The notes below the pieces were generated by a model. It ran no database searches and was not told the DNA's origin. It worked only from the letters and a program-made list of their open reading frames with translations. From contig NC_043003.1 in assembly GCF_006345805.1 (NCBI RefSeq), positions 51,460,001 to 51,524,000 of the forward strand: a DNA stretch of 64,000 nt, in the 5' to 3' direction. Shown one piece after another: positions 12,561 to 25,404 of the stretch. Position 1 is the stretch's first letter. Each line of letters opens with the position of its first letter. Made by a program: the position numbers and the translations under genes. The DNA is from Octopus sinensis (taxonomy: Eukaryota).

Positions 12561-13678
12561 GTAAGTTAATCAAGTATTACTATACTAAAGGAAAACTAGT
12601 AGAGTCCAATAAAACTATTTGTGGTCTACACTGGACCATAAAATATCAGCTAATTAATTTCATTAATTGAATATAATTGTGTGCAACAAAATTTCACTCA
12701 GATTTTGTTTGATATGACTGTGGTGGAAAAACATTGGCCAAAGTGCCTTGTAATAGGATTGAACCTGAAACTAGGTAGTTGAAAAGCATACTTCTTAACT
12801 ACTCAGCCATTACCTTTGTTCCACTCTGACAAATTTGTGAACCTATTTAAATATGTGAAATTAATATTTGAGATTCGTACCCCAAATTTTGCATTCCAGA
12901 TTTTGTAGCTTTATTTCATGTTTTCACTCCCAATTTTATTTTAAATAAGCACAGGAGTGACTGTGTGGTAAGTAGCTTGCTTACCAACCACATGGTTCCG
13001 GGTTCAGTCCTACTGCATGGCATCTTGGGCAAGTGTCTTCTACTATAGCCTGTGTGTGTGCATGTTCGTGTGTCTGTGTTTGTCCCCCTAGCATTGCTTG
13101 ACAACCGATGCTGGTGTGTTTATGTCCCCGTCATTTAGCAGTTCAGCAAAAAGAGACCGATAGAATAAGTGCTAGGCTTACAAAGAATATGTCCTGGGGT
13201 CGATTTGCTCGACTAAAGGCGGTGCTCCAGCATGGCTGCAGTCAAATGACTGAAACAAGTAAAAGAGTAAGTGATATCTGTAGAATATATACCATTTACA
13301 TACTGGACTCATTCTTCCAAATTCTTCTCTACTTTGTAATCTGTATTGTTGTACATATGTTGTACCAGTCAATATTTGAATATTTTTCCATCTTTTGGGT
13401 GATGGACACCAAGAGTCCCAAAAAAGCAAGGCAGCAAATTGGCAGAATCATTAGCATGCCAGACAAAATGCTTAGTGGTGTTTTGTCCGATTTTATGTTC
13501 TGAGTTCAAATTCTGCCAGGGTCAGCTTTGCCTTTCACCCTTTCAAGGTCAACAAAATAAGTACCAATTGAGTGCTGGGGTTGATGTAATCAACTTACCC
13601 ACTCTCCTGAACTTGCTGGCCTTGTGCCAAAATCTAAAAACCAATATTTGAATACTTTACTATTTGCTTATGTTTCAG

Positions 13679-13801
13679 GATAACCAAACTGATAAGTCTA
13701 TTCAGGTGACAACTACAGTAAAAGGCCCTTTCTACTCAGACACTAGAGATCTTTTGCCTTGGAACCTTGTTCGTATTGATGTAAAGCATCTCATACGTCA
13801 G
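13679..13801 (+). CDS. Gene A exon: DNQTDKSIQVTTTVKGPFYSDTRDLLPWNLVRIDVKHLIRQ
   Basis: Acceptor ttatgtttcag|, donor CAG|GTAAGA; 123 nt, phase 0 to 0. Confidence 0.85.
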
Positions 13802-14629
13802 GTAAGATAAATTTATGGTAACATATTGAATTACTTCCCTTTAATTGCATGATCATTTATAATTAATTTTATTTAACTGACCCTGTATTAGTAAGATTTT
13901 CACTACAAGCTAGTCCAGCTGCCATCATCATCATCATCATCATCGTTTAACATCCGTTTTCCATGCTAGCATGGGTTGGACGGTTCAACTGGGGTTTGGG
14001 AAGCCAGAAGGCTGCACCAGGCCCAGTCTGATCTGGCAGTGTTTCTACAGCTGGATGCCTTTCCTAACGCCAACTACTCCGTCAGTGTAGTGGGTGCTTT
14101 TTACGTGCCACCTGCCATCTCGTCAATAAACCATGTGTAAATTCTTCGCTAATTTTATCTAATCATCGATACCATTATAACATAACATGACATTTATCAA
14201 GTTAAATCAAAGAAACTGTTTAATAAACTGTGAAGGTTTATTTTCTCTGTCTATTATTTTTTAATAAGACATAGGCTTACTTGTGTAGTTAAGAACTTTG
14301 CTTCTCAACCATCTGGCTTCAGGTTCAATCTAACTGCATGAGTTCTTTGGCAAATGTCTTTCACTATTCATCTATTGCCCTGATTGACCATGCCTTTTGA
14401 GAGAATTTGAAAGACAGGACGTTAGGAAGGGCATCTAGCTGTAGAAACTCAGATCAGATTGGAGCCTGGTGCAGCCATCTGGTTCGCCAGTCCTCAGTCA
14501 AATCGTCCAACCCATACTAGCATGGAAAGCGGACATTAAACGATGATGATGATGAAGAGGAGGACTGAAAGCTTGTTATATATACATATACATATACATA
14601 CACACACACACATATATACACACACACAG

Positions 14630-14684
<55 letters not shown>

Positions 14685-15426
14685 CACACACACACATATA
14701 TATATTGTGAATGTAAGTATGTTATATATGCATATATATATGTATAGGTGCAGGCATGGTTGTATGATTAAGATGTTTGTTTCGCAACCACATGGCTTCA
14801 GGTTCAATCCCACTGTGTGGCATCTTGTGCTGGTGTTTTCTACTACAGCCCTAGGCCAACCAAAGTTTTCTGAGTGGATTTCATCGACAGAAACTGAAAG
14901 AAAACATGTGTGTGTGTGTGTGCATAAGTGTGTATGTTTGTGACTTCTTGTCTTGATATTGCATGTGTCACTGTCATACAAGAAGCATCATCATTCACTT
15001 CCATTATTCTGTGTAGACATGTCTGGCCATGAGGAAATATTACATGGCTTGGAAACGGGTGAGGTATGGCGATGGGAAGAGCATCTGGCCACAGAAAATC
15101 CTCCTCAGCAAACTCCATCTAACCTATGCAAGCATGGACCAGTAGATGCTAAAAGGATAATGACAATGATATCCTCATTATTGTTATATTTTCAAGGCAG
15201 GAAGCTGGCAGAATCATTAGCATGCCTGGCAAAATACTTTGCAGCATTTCCTCTGCCCCTATGTTCTGAGTTCAGATTCCACCAATGTTGACTTTACTTT
15301 TCATCCTTTCAGGGTCAATTAAATAAGAACCAGTTACATACTAGGGTCAATGTAATCAACTTAATCCCTTCCCTTAAGCTGCCCTTGTGGCAAAAATTTG
15401 AAATCATTATTGTTACATTTTCAAAG

Positions 15427-15568
15427 GTTGATCACCATTTTGAATCCTTTCGTGATGGCCATTCCAGAAAGTACAGTCTCCATTGCAACTCAACAAACAG
15501 TCACCATTATGATGTGTATCTTCAACGTAAAACTGATGGTTTCATTATTCCTTACGGGGATGTTCACA
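15427..15568 (+). CDS. Gene A exon: VDHHFESFRDGHSRKYSLHCNSTNSHHYDVYLQRKTDGFIIPYGDVH
   Basis: Acceptor acattttcaaag|, donor CACA|GTAAGT; phase 0 to 1. Confidence 0.85.
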
Positions 15569-16009
15569 GTAAGTATATACAAATTTTTTCAAAGACTCAA
15601 ACATCATGTCTTAATCCTTTAGCATTCCGATTACCCTGTCAAATGTAACGCTTATTTACCTGTTGAAGAGGTAGACCCAGAATGACATGAAACGAGGTGA
15701 TAAACTATGATTCTTTAGATGTTGAGTCTCATAGAGATGATGACAAGTGATCAAGATCTTTGGAAATTTGCTGTGCTTCAGACGACACATCAAGTCAAGA
15801 GAAATTATAGTTGTGGCCAGTGCCAATGACGCATAAAAGGCACCCATGCCAGTGACAGGTAAAGGACACCCACTACACACTTGGAGTGGTTGGCATTAGG
15901 AAGGGCACTGAGCTGTAGAAACCAAGCCAAATCAGACCAAAGTCTGGTACAGCTCTCTGGCTTATCAATCCCAATTAAATCATTTAACCAGCATGGAAAT
16001 GGTCACTAA

Positions 16010-16180
16010 ATGGTGGTGATGGTGGTGGAGGTGGTGGCGGCGGCGGCGGCGGCGATGGCGGCGATGGCGGTGGTGGCGGTGGTGGTGGTGGTAGTGGTGG
16101 TAGTGGTGGCGGCGATGGAGGTGGTGGTGGTGGTGGTCGTCGTCGTCGTCGTGCTGGTGCTGGTGCTGGTGGTTGTTAGT
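16010..16180. repeat. (GGT/GGC/CGT)n trinucleotide repeat
   Basis: Directly visible; source of the spurious poly-Val/Ala ORF. Confidence 0.9.
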
Positions 16181-16696
16181 TTAAATAAATTGTTCGCTAT
16201 CTCAAAGATTATGATTGTTTACTTTTAAAATAACCTTGCAGGATAGGTATAAAAAGTTGGATCTGGCCAGTTTGAACTTAAAGCAGATAGGATATTTTGA
16301 CCAGATATGGCCAGTTAAGGGCCAGTGTATAAGCTATAACCCCTATTTATAACTTAAAGTGAATAAGAAATATATCTTTCCCTGTATTGAATGACATTCT
16401 CCTTTTGAGATCAAGTATAGTACCAGTTCAGTACTAAAGTCAATTGTATCAAACTAACCATTCCAAAACCTTTTGGGCCTAGTGCCAAAACTAGGAACAG
16501 TTAATATTATAATTCTGCTTGTCACACAGCATTTGCTGCTGGTGGTGTCATTTCAGTGCTGGCTGTCCACAAACAGTGGAGAGGAGTGGTACCTTCAATT
16601 GTCAAGCAATTCTCTAAGTATTCTAGCAGTTCCAAGGAGGGTTATTTTCTGTAACTGCCTGATGCTGATGTTTTCCCTGTCTATTCTATTTTGCAG

Positions 16697-16810
16697 CTAT
16701 AACATTAATCACTCTTCTTCGGTCAGGACTTTTACCAAAAATCCGTCACAAATTATACAAGAACTTCCTACAACTACCACTTTATGAAGATATGGCACCA
16801 TGGAACATAG
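16697..16810 (+). CDS. Gene A exon: TITLITLLRSGLLPKIRHKLYKNFLQLPLYEDMAPWNI (kinase-like catalytic loop)
   Basis: Acceptor ttctattttgcag|, donor ATAG|GTACAA; phase 1 to 1; carries the DxxxxN motif. Confidence 0.85.
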
Positions 16811-17139
16811 GTACAAGAATTGCTTTTCTTTTCATCCCATCTGAGAGCAAGTTGGTGTTTTATTGATTTTAAGTGTCACTAATTTAGTCAAATGTTATAA
16901 AACTCAAAATACTGCTAAGTAATGTAGCCTGGTATGTATTAGTAATTAATCTCAACTGTAGTCAGTCCTGTACAGTTTCCTCTACCCAAATTCATCTACA
17001 AGGTTTTGGATTGACCTGAGGTAATGATATATGCACTTGCCCTGGATGCCATACATTGAGATCGAACCCAGGACCTCATTCTTACAAAGTGAACTTCTTA
17101 ACCACTTAGCCAGGCCTACTACAGTATAAACAACATTAC

Positions 17140-17540
17140 AGTAGAGAATACAAAAATACTGGTGGCACTCCGTCGGTTACAATGACAAGGGTTCCAGTTG
17201 ATCCAATCAACGGAACAGCCTGCTCGTGAAATTAACGTGCAAGTGGCTGAGCACTCCACAGACACATGTACCCTTAACTTAGTTCTCGTGAAGATTCAGT
17301 GTGAGACAGTATGACAAGGCTGGCCCTTTGAAATACAGGTACAAGAGAAACAGGAAGAAAGCGTGGGAGAAAGTTGTGGTGAAAGAGTACAGTAGGGTTC
17401 TCCACCATCCCCTGCTGGAGCCTCATGGAACTTTAGATGTTTTTGCTCAATAAACACTCACAACGCCCGGTTTGGGAATCGAAACCACGATCCTACGACC
17501 ATGAGTCTGCTGCCCTAACCACTGGGCCATTGCGCCTCCA
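17140..17540 (-). mobile_element. tRNA-headed SINE (family 4)
   Basis: Head ggcgcaatggcccagtggttagggcagc...ggtttcgattccc; a second partial copy lies at ~34430-34620 (+). Confidence 0.75.
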
Positions 17541-17676
17541 CACAAAAATACCATAATACAGACAACTCTACAGTAGAGACAATAGTACAAATGATGCTAC
17601 AATACACACAAGAATACTAAAATGTTGACAACACTACAGCATTGACCACAAATATAACTCCATTCTTTCTCTTTAG

Positions 17677-17759
17677 TATTTTCAGCTGGCCACCTTGAAT
17701 ACATTGACTATGATACAAGGAACAAAACCTACACCTCCTTTGTGCCTCTGCTCTATCAG
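17677..17759 (+). CDS. Gene A exon: VFSAGHLEYIDYDTRNKTYTSFVPLLYQ (DFG-equivalent YID)
   Basis: Acceptor ctttctctttag|, donor CAG|GTAACA; phase 1 to 0. Confidence 0.85.
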
Positions 17760-17963
17760 GTAACATTGTTGTATATATACATGTGTGTGTGTGCACATGT
17801 GTGTTTGGATGTACAAACCAGAGATTGATTATTCAGTACATATAGTGTGTGTGTGTTTTCATATATACACTGCCCACACCACGAGCAAGTGTCTACTGCT
17901 ATAGCTGACCAAAGATTTAGGTAGATTTGGTAGATGGAAACTGAAAGACCTTATTGTGTGTGA

Positions 17964-18029
<66 letters not shown>

Positions 18030-19059
18030 TGTGTGTGGTGTGTGTGTGTGTTTCTCCTTGTGTTGACATCAATATAAAGTTTTATGTGGTTGTCACTACT
18101 TTACAGGCAATGTCAATCATTTCCAACCCTCTGATCTTCTCAGAGAACAGCAGGAGAGGCATCCAGACAAGAAAATCTGTCTCAATAAACACCATCTGAC
18201 CAATGCAGGCATAGAACAATGGACAGGAAAATTATTATAATTATATATATATACGTATGTGTGTGTGTGGGGGGGGGCATGTGTGTGTGTGTGTGCGTGA
18301 AATTTGTTGCTGCCATCTATGGTAGCTTTCAGAGTAAGAGGCAGAGAGAATGAAAGTTTGCTTAGAAATATAAGAGAGGGAGAAATTCCCTCAAGGGGAG
18401 AGAACCAATGAGAAATTTTTTTTTTAGTGTGGCCGATGCCAGTGCCACCTGACTTGTATTCATGCCAGTAGCACATAAAAAGCACTCACTACACTCTTGG
18501 AGTGGTTGGCATTAGGAAGGGTATATAGCTGTAGAAACCTTGCCAAATCAGATTGGAGCCCAGTGTCGCCACCCAGTCTGCCAGTTCTCAATCAAACCGT
18601 TTAACCCATGCCAACATGGAAAGTGGACGTTAAATGACGACAACAATGATGATGATGATGATGATGATATATAAATAAGAAACAAGTTAAAAATAATGGT
18701 CATTATACATAATTCACCATCATTTTTAACTTGTTTCTTATATATCACTCTGTAAAAACAAGTTTATCTGGAGCCCATCCATAAATTTACAATACAGAAT
18801 TGTGATGAACCATAACTTGAAACACTGCCAAAAGATCACTAGGAGTTTTTCACTAATCTAACTAATATTGATAGCCTGGTATGCCGACAGAGAACTTATG
18901 GAGTATTTTGCCCAAGTTGATAATCCCTCACTATATATATAATAATGTATTTTTTTTATACTTTTATTTTTTTAAATTAAGGTAAACAAAGTTCTTTTTT
19001 AATCTAAAATACACTCTCTTTCATTTTCTACAATGCTCTTCCATCTACCTGGTAGACAT

Positions 19060-20155
19060 GCAAGACCCCTCTTCCAAAATTCTTCTCCAGAATACTCCTC
19101 CAGTACTGTTCTGACCTCATCTACAGAATTCATATTTTTCCATCCAAATGATTTTGAAGACTGTGGAATAAATGGTAATCAGATGAAGCAATACCCACTG
19201 AATCAAAACTGCGCTCAGCCTTTGGAAAGTCATCCTTGCTGTATATGACCAAGCATTATCCTGATAGAAGAAAACCTTTCCTTTTGAAACAAAAATGGTC
19301 GTTTTTCTTCAAGTACAGACTTAAGCCACTCAAGCTGCTCACTGTAGATCTCCTTTGTTATCATTTGGTTTCGGTTTAAAACTTTAAAGTGGACTAAACC
19401 TTTCATATCTCACCAAACATAACAACACCTTACATGGGTGAAAACCTTTTTTAGCCTGGGGTACTAGTGTTTCTCCTATCCCTACCCACTGTCTTCGGCA
19501 CTTAACATTTTTATAGAGAACCCATTTCTCATCACCAGTCACTATTTGGTTCAAAAAAGGTTCATTCATGGGACATGACAACAAAGAAGAGCAAGCATTC
19601 ACTCTCTGTGTACGATTAGACTTGGAAAGTTTGTGAGGAACACATTGACCTAATTTGCAGATTTTTCTGATGGCACACAGGTGTTGATGAATGGTTGAAT
19701 GACCAAATCCAAGATTCTCTGCTAGTTCCTCAACAGTTACGATAGAATTTTGTTCCACCAGGGTTTGCAAGACAGATCTTCCAGGATGAGGCTTGTCTTC
19801 TAGGCTGTAATTTCTGTCTCAGAATTTCTGGAACCACTTTTGACACTGGTTTACACTTATTGTCTGATCCCTATATACTGCATTAATATTCTTCACACTT
19901 TCCATTGTGTTGTCACCTTTATTGAACTCATAAAACAAAGTATGCCGAATATGCTCCTTTGTTGCTTCCATTATAGCTTTGAAAAAGTGACTGTTAAAAT
20001 CGAACTGCACTCTTCAAAACTTGCACTAAAAATAAGAACAAGGTAGAATTACTACCTGCTTTTATCGCAAGTTGATGCAGATAGTTTATCCCGTCCCCCT
20101 TTGACTTTTAGTTCATGCAATTGAAAAGGACCACATTTATGTTATAACCCAATAT
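19060..20155 (-). mobile_element. Degenerate mariner transposon
   Basis: HIRHTLFYEF, CVPHKL and IVTGDEKWVLY motifs in broken frames; TIR-like tattgggttataacata followed by TA repeats at the right end. Confidence 0.88.
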
Positions 20156-20171
20156 ATATATATATATATAT

Positions 20172-20258
<87 letters not shown>

Positions 20259-20333
20259 GTTTTCTAAGCCAGGCAATCAGTCTTCCTTTATAATTTTTGC
20301 CATGCATATAATCAATGCAATTCTCTATTACAG

Positions 20334-20401
20334 CTCCTTGCTTTATTGATGAATTATAAACGGACTGTCGCAGACTTTGGTCAATGTAAAGGTAATAGCA
20401 G
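20334..20401 (+). CDS. Gene A exon: LLALLMNYKRTVADFGQCKGNS(R)
   Basis: Acceptor attctctattacag|, donor CAG|GTAAGT; phase 0 to 2. Confidence 0.85.
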
Positions 20402-21164
20402 GTAAGTAAATTTTACATAAAACAGTGAGAAAGAATATCTATTTGCTCCTTCATCTGCTAAATTAGTAGCCAAAACTAGCTCAATTCACATCATAACAGC
20501 TCAAAAAACAAACAAATAAATAAATAAATAAATAAATAAATAAAAGCTGCATTGAATAATTGGTTCCTAGATACACTGTACCCAAATAAAAAAAAAAATG
20601 AACAACAAAATGGTCATGGCTGGAATTACTTTGATCATAGATCTGCTTAGTCAGGTCTGATCTATGGTTAAATAAGAACAACACATTAACTTCATATGAA
20701 ACATAATTTGAAACATATAAAGAAATGGTAAAGTATATGTTGTACAACCTGAATATATACTCTCTTTACTCTTTTGATGTTTACATTCTTCACTGATGTT
20801 ATGTCTAATCCCCCAATAGTTTCAAAGACCTGCGGAATAAAAAAAAAATCACTTATTTGTGGAACAAGGGCTGGCAACAGGAAGAGCAGCCATCCAACCA
20901 TAAAATCCTGCCATATATATCTCTCTTTCAAACTCAGTCTAGCATGGAAAGACATTCATTAAACAAACCTGTGTGTTATGTACACTGTCTACATTAGTCC
21001 ACATTTTGATTGTTGCTTTCACTACATTTTGGCTGAGTTTGCTCCAGCCGTCTTCAGATGTCTTGTGAGTTACCTTAATACCTTGTCTAGGATTGAACAC
21101 AGAACCTCTATGTGACTGCACTGCATTTCTTAACACCTTCATCCACTATGCTATGTACGCGCAG

Positions 21165-21570
21165 AAGCAGCTGTGTGGTAAGTAGCTTGCTTACCAACCA
21201 CATGGTTCTGAGTTCATTCCCACTGCATGGTACCTTGGGCAAGTGTCTTCTACTATAGACTCAGGCCAACCAAAGCCTTGTGAGTGGATTTGGTAGACAG
21301 AAACTGAAGGAAACCCATCATATATATAAGTATATATATATATGTATGTGTATGTATATGTTTGTGTGTCTGTGTTTATCCCCCCCCACCACCACCATTG
21401 CTTGACAACTGATGGTGGTGTGTTTACATCTCCATAACTAGCGGTTTGGCAAAAGCGACCGATAGAATAAGTACTAGGCTTGCAAAGAATAAGTCCTGGG
21501 ATCGATTTGCTTGACTAAAGGTGGTGCTCCAGCATGGCTGCAGTCAAATGACTGAAACAAGTAAAAGAGT
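21165..21570 (+). mobile_element. tRNA-derived CORE-like SINE (family 2)
   Basis: Head gctgtgtggtaagtagcttgc...ggttc, CORE-like accttgggcaagtgt, internal microsatellite, tail gactgaaacaagtaaaaga. Other copies near 1610, 12950, 14750, 25600, 33830(-) and 53835. Confidence 0.85.
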
Positions 21571-21706
21571 ATATACACACACATATATAATTAACCTTAA
21601 TTTACTTCACATTTTTCCTATTACTTTGAATAATTAAAAATCAATCTTCATATTTATGTTACAAGCACTAACTGACCACTTCCACTAAACACTTTGTCTA
21701 TTCTAG

Positions 21707-21770
21707 GACCCAGTTTGGATTTGGACTTATATCAGACTGTGTTGCAAGTAACTTCTCAGGACCATGTTTG
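21707..21770 (+). CDS. Gene A exon: TQFGFGLISDCVASNFSGPCL
   Basis: Acceptor tttgtctattctag|, donor TTG|GTAAGT; phase 2 to 0. Confidence 0.85.
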
Positions 21771-22308
21771 GTAAGTTCTCTTACTTAACCCTTCCATTAT
21801 CTTGGAAAATATATCTATATACATAAATATAAACACTATAATAAAGAAAGTTGCTTATTAATTAGTTGAGTAGTATTTACAAAAAGAAAACAAATATTTA
21901 AGTCTACACTATTTAGAAAGTTCTTAAAATTTCCAATTTTAATATATTCATTTTTTTTTTATCAAAATGTGGTTTTAAATATTCTTTAATTGTTGAAGAT
22001 TTCAACTACATGCTTCAATCAGAAAATTCTTATTCACTGCAACATGTTTTGTTTTTTTTAAATTTTAGCATTTGTATATTTTCTTCAGCTATTTCCTTGC
22101 AATGCTCTCTCTCTCTCTCTCTCCATCTTTTCTTTATCATTTCTGCTCCTATTAGTCTTTCTATTTCCTTATGAATTTTTCTCTCTCTTGTTTTTATCAT
22201 TTCCTTTTTCGTCTCTTCTCACTCTCACTGTATCCTTTTCCTTGTTATTTCATTTAATATTTTTCATCTTTCCCTAGCACATTCTGTTCCAGTTTCTTTT
22301 CTTGCAAT

Positions 22309-22309
<1 letters not shown>

Positions 22310-22382
<73 letters not shown>
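22310..22382. repeat. (CT)n microsatellite
   Basis: Directly visible. Confidence 0.95.
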
Positions 22383-22383
<1 letters not shown>

Positions 22384-23494
22384 TGCTTTTATTCAAGTGT
22401 TTTCATTAAAGATAAGAGATCACAAAGGTTTTCTTTGAGAATATTTGTGAGTTCTTACACTATAATAATCAGATCAAAATTTTACATTTCAACTTGGCCA
22501 ATATGCAAGCACACCACAGCAGTTTTTTGCAAGCAAACATAACATACATTAGCAGATATACCACCCTTCAAATGGAGCTTCTGCTAGTATATACAAGTGA
22601 TGAGTGGAGTATATATAATAAGCAATGAGTGGAGTTTTCATTTAATCCATGGATTATAGCTGTTTCAACAACTTGCCTTTGATCAAATACCATTTGATCT
22701 GTGTAACATAACACAATAAAGTATTCACCTGACAATCTGTTGTGGTTCAGCACAGCATCCTGTTGCACTTGGAACATCCAATGCAGGCATTGAAAATAAA
22801 CGCTAGAGTGAAACATTCATAGGAAACAAATGATGTAAACTACATTTTGTGTTTATCATAATTTCTCCAACATTTGATCAGTCTATCATAACTAGTGAGT
22901 ACAGTAGTAACCACATTATTATACTAGAAGCAGACTGGATTATGATATTCTATGTGGAGCTCTAAACTTATCAATATCTGTTGTACATCAAACCATACAC
23001 TCAAGATATTCTATATATACTTCATTATGGAAGAGCCTCACATCTTCAAAGTGGAGACTGTAATGATATAAGGATATATCATTACACAAGGGCGGCGAGC
23101 CATCAGAAACGTTAGCACGCCGGGCGAAATGCTCAGCGGTATCTCGTCTGCTGTTACATTCGGAGTTCAAATTCCGCTGAGGTCGACTTTATCTTTCATC
23201 CTTCCAGGGTCAATTAAATAAGTACCAGTTACGCACTGGGGTCAATGTAATCGACTTAATCCCTTGTTTGTCCCCTCTATATCTAGCCTCCTGTGGGCAA
23301 TATAGAAATAGATATAAGGATTAACACTATGGAAGGCAACACACTACATAGTACAGCATAAAGTAATACAGTATAGTATAATGTAATAAAACATTGTTAC
23401 AATTTATATCTTACTGTGGTATTAACAGACATCGAGAAAAATAACTGAAATATGAACTTTTTACTTTAAATTTTGTCTTTGATGTTATGTAAAG

Positions 23495-23603
23495 GATTCT
23501 CAGAAACCAGTTCCTTGCGCTGACTTCACATGCAGATCAACTTACATAGAATGTCTAAAGGCATTAGAAAGCCGCACTGAGAAAGAAAAGGACCACAAAC
23601 AGT
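23495..23603 (+). CDS. Gene A exon: DSQKPVPCADFTCRSTYIECLKALESRTEKEKDHKQ (Cys-rich)
   Basis: Acceptor gttatgtaaag|, donor CAGT|GTGAGT; phase 0 to 1. Confidence 0.8.
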
Positions 23604-23811
23604 GTGAGTTTTGTCAGTTTCATGTTTTTTGAATGGTTTGTTTTTGGTTTTTGGAGGGGGGTTTTTTTTGTGAACACTGCCAACCAAAATCACCAATCCA
23701 CTGGTCTATGTTTACACAGCAATCCATTTTTAATTTTATTTCATTTTTGCATGGATGGTGAAACAGTTTTGTTTATTGGCTTGTTCTGAGATGGTTTATT
23801 TAAATTTACAG

Positions 23812-23819
23812 CTGGCTGA
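23812..23819 (+). CDS. Gene A putative terminal coding exon: (S)G-stop
   Basis: Nearest phase-1 acceptor I found, taaatttacag|CT GGC TGA; the true last exon is uncertain. Confidence 0.4.
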
Positions 23820-24299
23820 CCAACCTAACAACTCTGCTATTTACAATATCAGTTTGTGTGTTGACTGACATTGTGTTATTAATGGATGGTAGTTTAAATG
23901 CAGACAGATAATGTGTGGTAGAATCTGTTACAGTTGCAAGGCAGCGAGCTGGCACAATCGTTAGCATGCCAGGCAAAATGCTTATCAGCATTTCATCTGC
24001 AGTTATATTCTGAATTCAAATTCTGCCATGGTCGACTTTGCCTTTCATCCTTTCAGGGTCGATAAATTCAGTAACAGTTACGCATTGGGGTCGATGTAAT
24101 CATCTTAATCCCTTTGTCTGTCCTTGTTTGTCCCCTCTATGTTTAGCCCCTTGTGAGCAGTAAAGAAATAAGAATCTGTTATAGTTGATTGGTAGTTGGT
24201 GACAATGTACATTGTTGTTTAGTCCTGTCAATCATGACCAAGTTTACCTCTAATCAAATGTTTTCCTGCTATGACCATCCCATCTTGTGAGACTACATT

Positions 24300-24650
24300 A
24301 TCATCATCATCGTTTAACGTCCGTTTTCCGCGCTAGCACGGGTTGGACGGTTCGACCGGGGTTTGGGAAGCCAGGGGCTGCACCAGGCTTCAGTCTGATC
24401 TGGCAGAGTTTCTACAGCTTGATGCCCTTCCTAACGCCAACCACTCCGCGAGTGTAGTGGGTGCTTTTTACGTGCCACCTGCACAGGTGCCAGGGGTGTC
24501 TAGCATCGGCCACGATCGGTTGGAGCTTTTAACGTGCCACCGGCACAGAAGCCAGCCAAAGCGGCGCTGGCAACAGCCACGTTCGGATGGTGCTTTTTTA
24601 TGTGCCACCGGCACTGGAGCCAGTCGAGGCAGCGCTGGCATCAGCCACGT
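24300..24650 (-). mobile_element. SINE with (GAT)n tail (family 3)
   Basis: ggttggcgttaggaagggcatc...cggacgttaaacgatgatgatg on the - strand. Other copies near 5060, 13925, 45060, 46080 and 54000. Confidence 0.85.
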
Positions 24651-25404
24651 AAGGTAGAGTACAATTTAAAGAAGATTTGGCAGCTATTTCTTGCAGATTG
24701 AATAACCATTGTGTTAGTCGGCAATTTTTTATTATTGTTGTATAGCCTCAGCTGATACAAACCTTTGACCAAAGATATTCCTGCTGTGACCATCCCCTTC
24801 TTTATGGGTCAACCAACTAATAGAGGGTTGTGAGAGTCTGGTGGCACTCTAGGTACTTGGTGTTCTGCCTCAGTCTACGCTTGATCCAGGACTGCAGCTC
24901 AGCGAAAAGGACAAGCTGTGGAAAGGTGCATGTAACAAACAGCAACCAGACCTGCTGACCATCAAAGAAATACTGGAAACGATGAAACCTTAGCGTATGT
25001 CTGAACATCATTAGCCATGTTAGAGCCAGTCCTGCAAGTAGCAGATGTTAACAGAAAATAGGACTATCTAACCAATAGAATACATTATTTCTTCCACAGA
25101 AAGAAGACCAAGTGCTCCATTCTGGTCAGCCATGAAGCAGGACAAGGCACAAAAGCACTTATGCATGAATACAGATATACACACACAAATGTTTATATTA
25201 TTGAAGATACAGAATCTGAAAATTTTAAAATCATTTAATATACATTGATTACCTGTTATTTTAAGGGGTTTAAAATTAAAATAAACTTTACAGTGACTGA
25301 ATAAACTTATATATATGTATATATATTCAAAATGTGACTGCGTGTGTACCGTTGGAGATTTTTTTTCCTCCGTCTTCCCTTCTTTGGATCTTTCCTTTTC
25401 CAAT

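Noticed and set aside
17455-17540. tRNA-like sequence (also at 34430-34505)
   Set aside because: Continues directly into a dispersed SINE body; a SINE head, not a tRNA gene.
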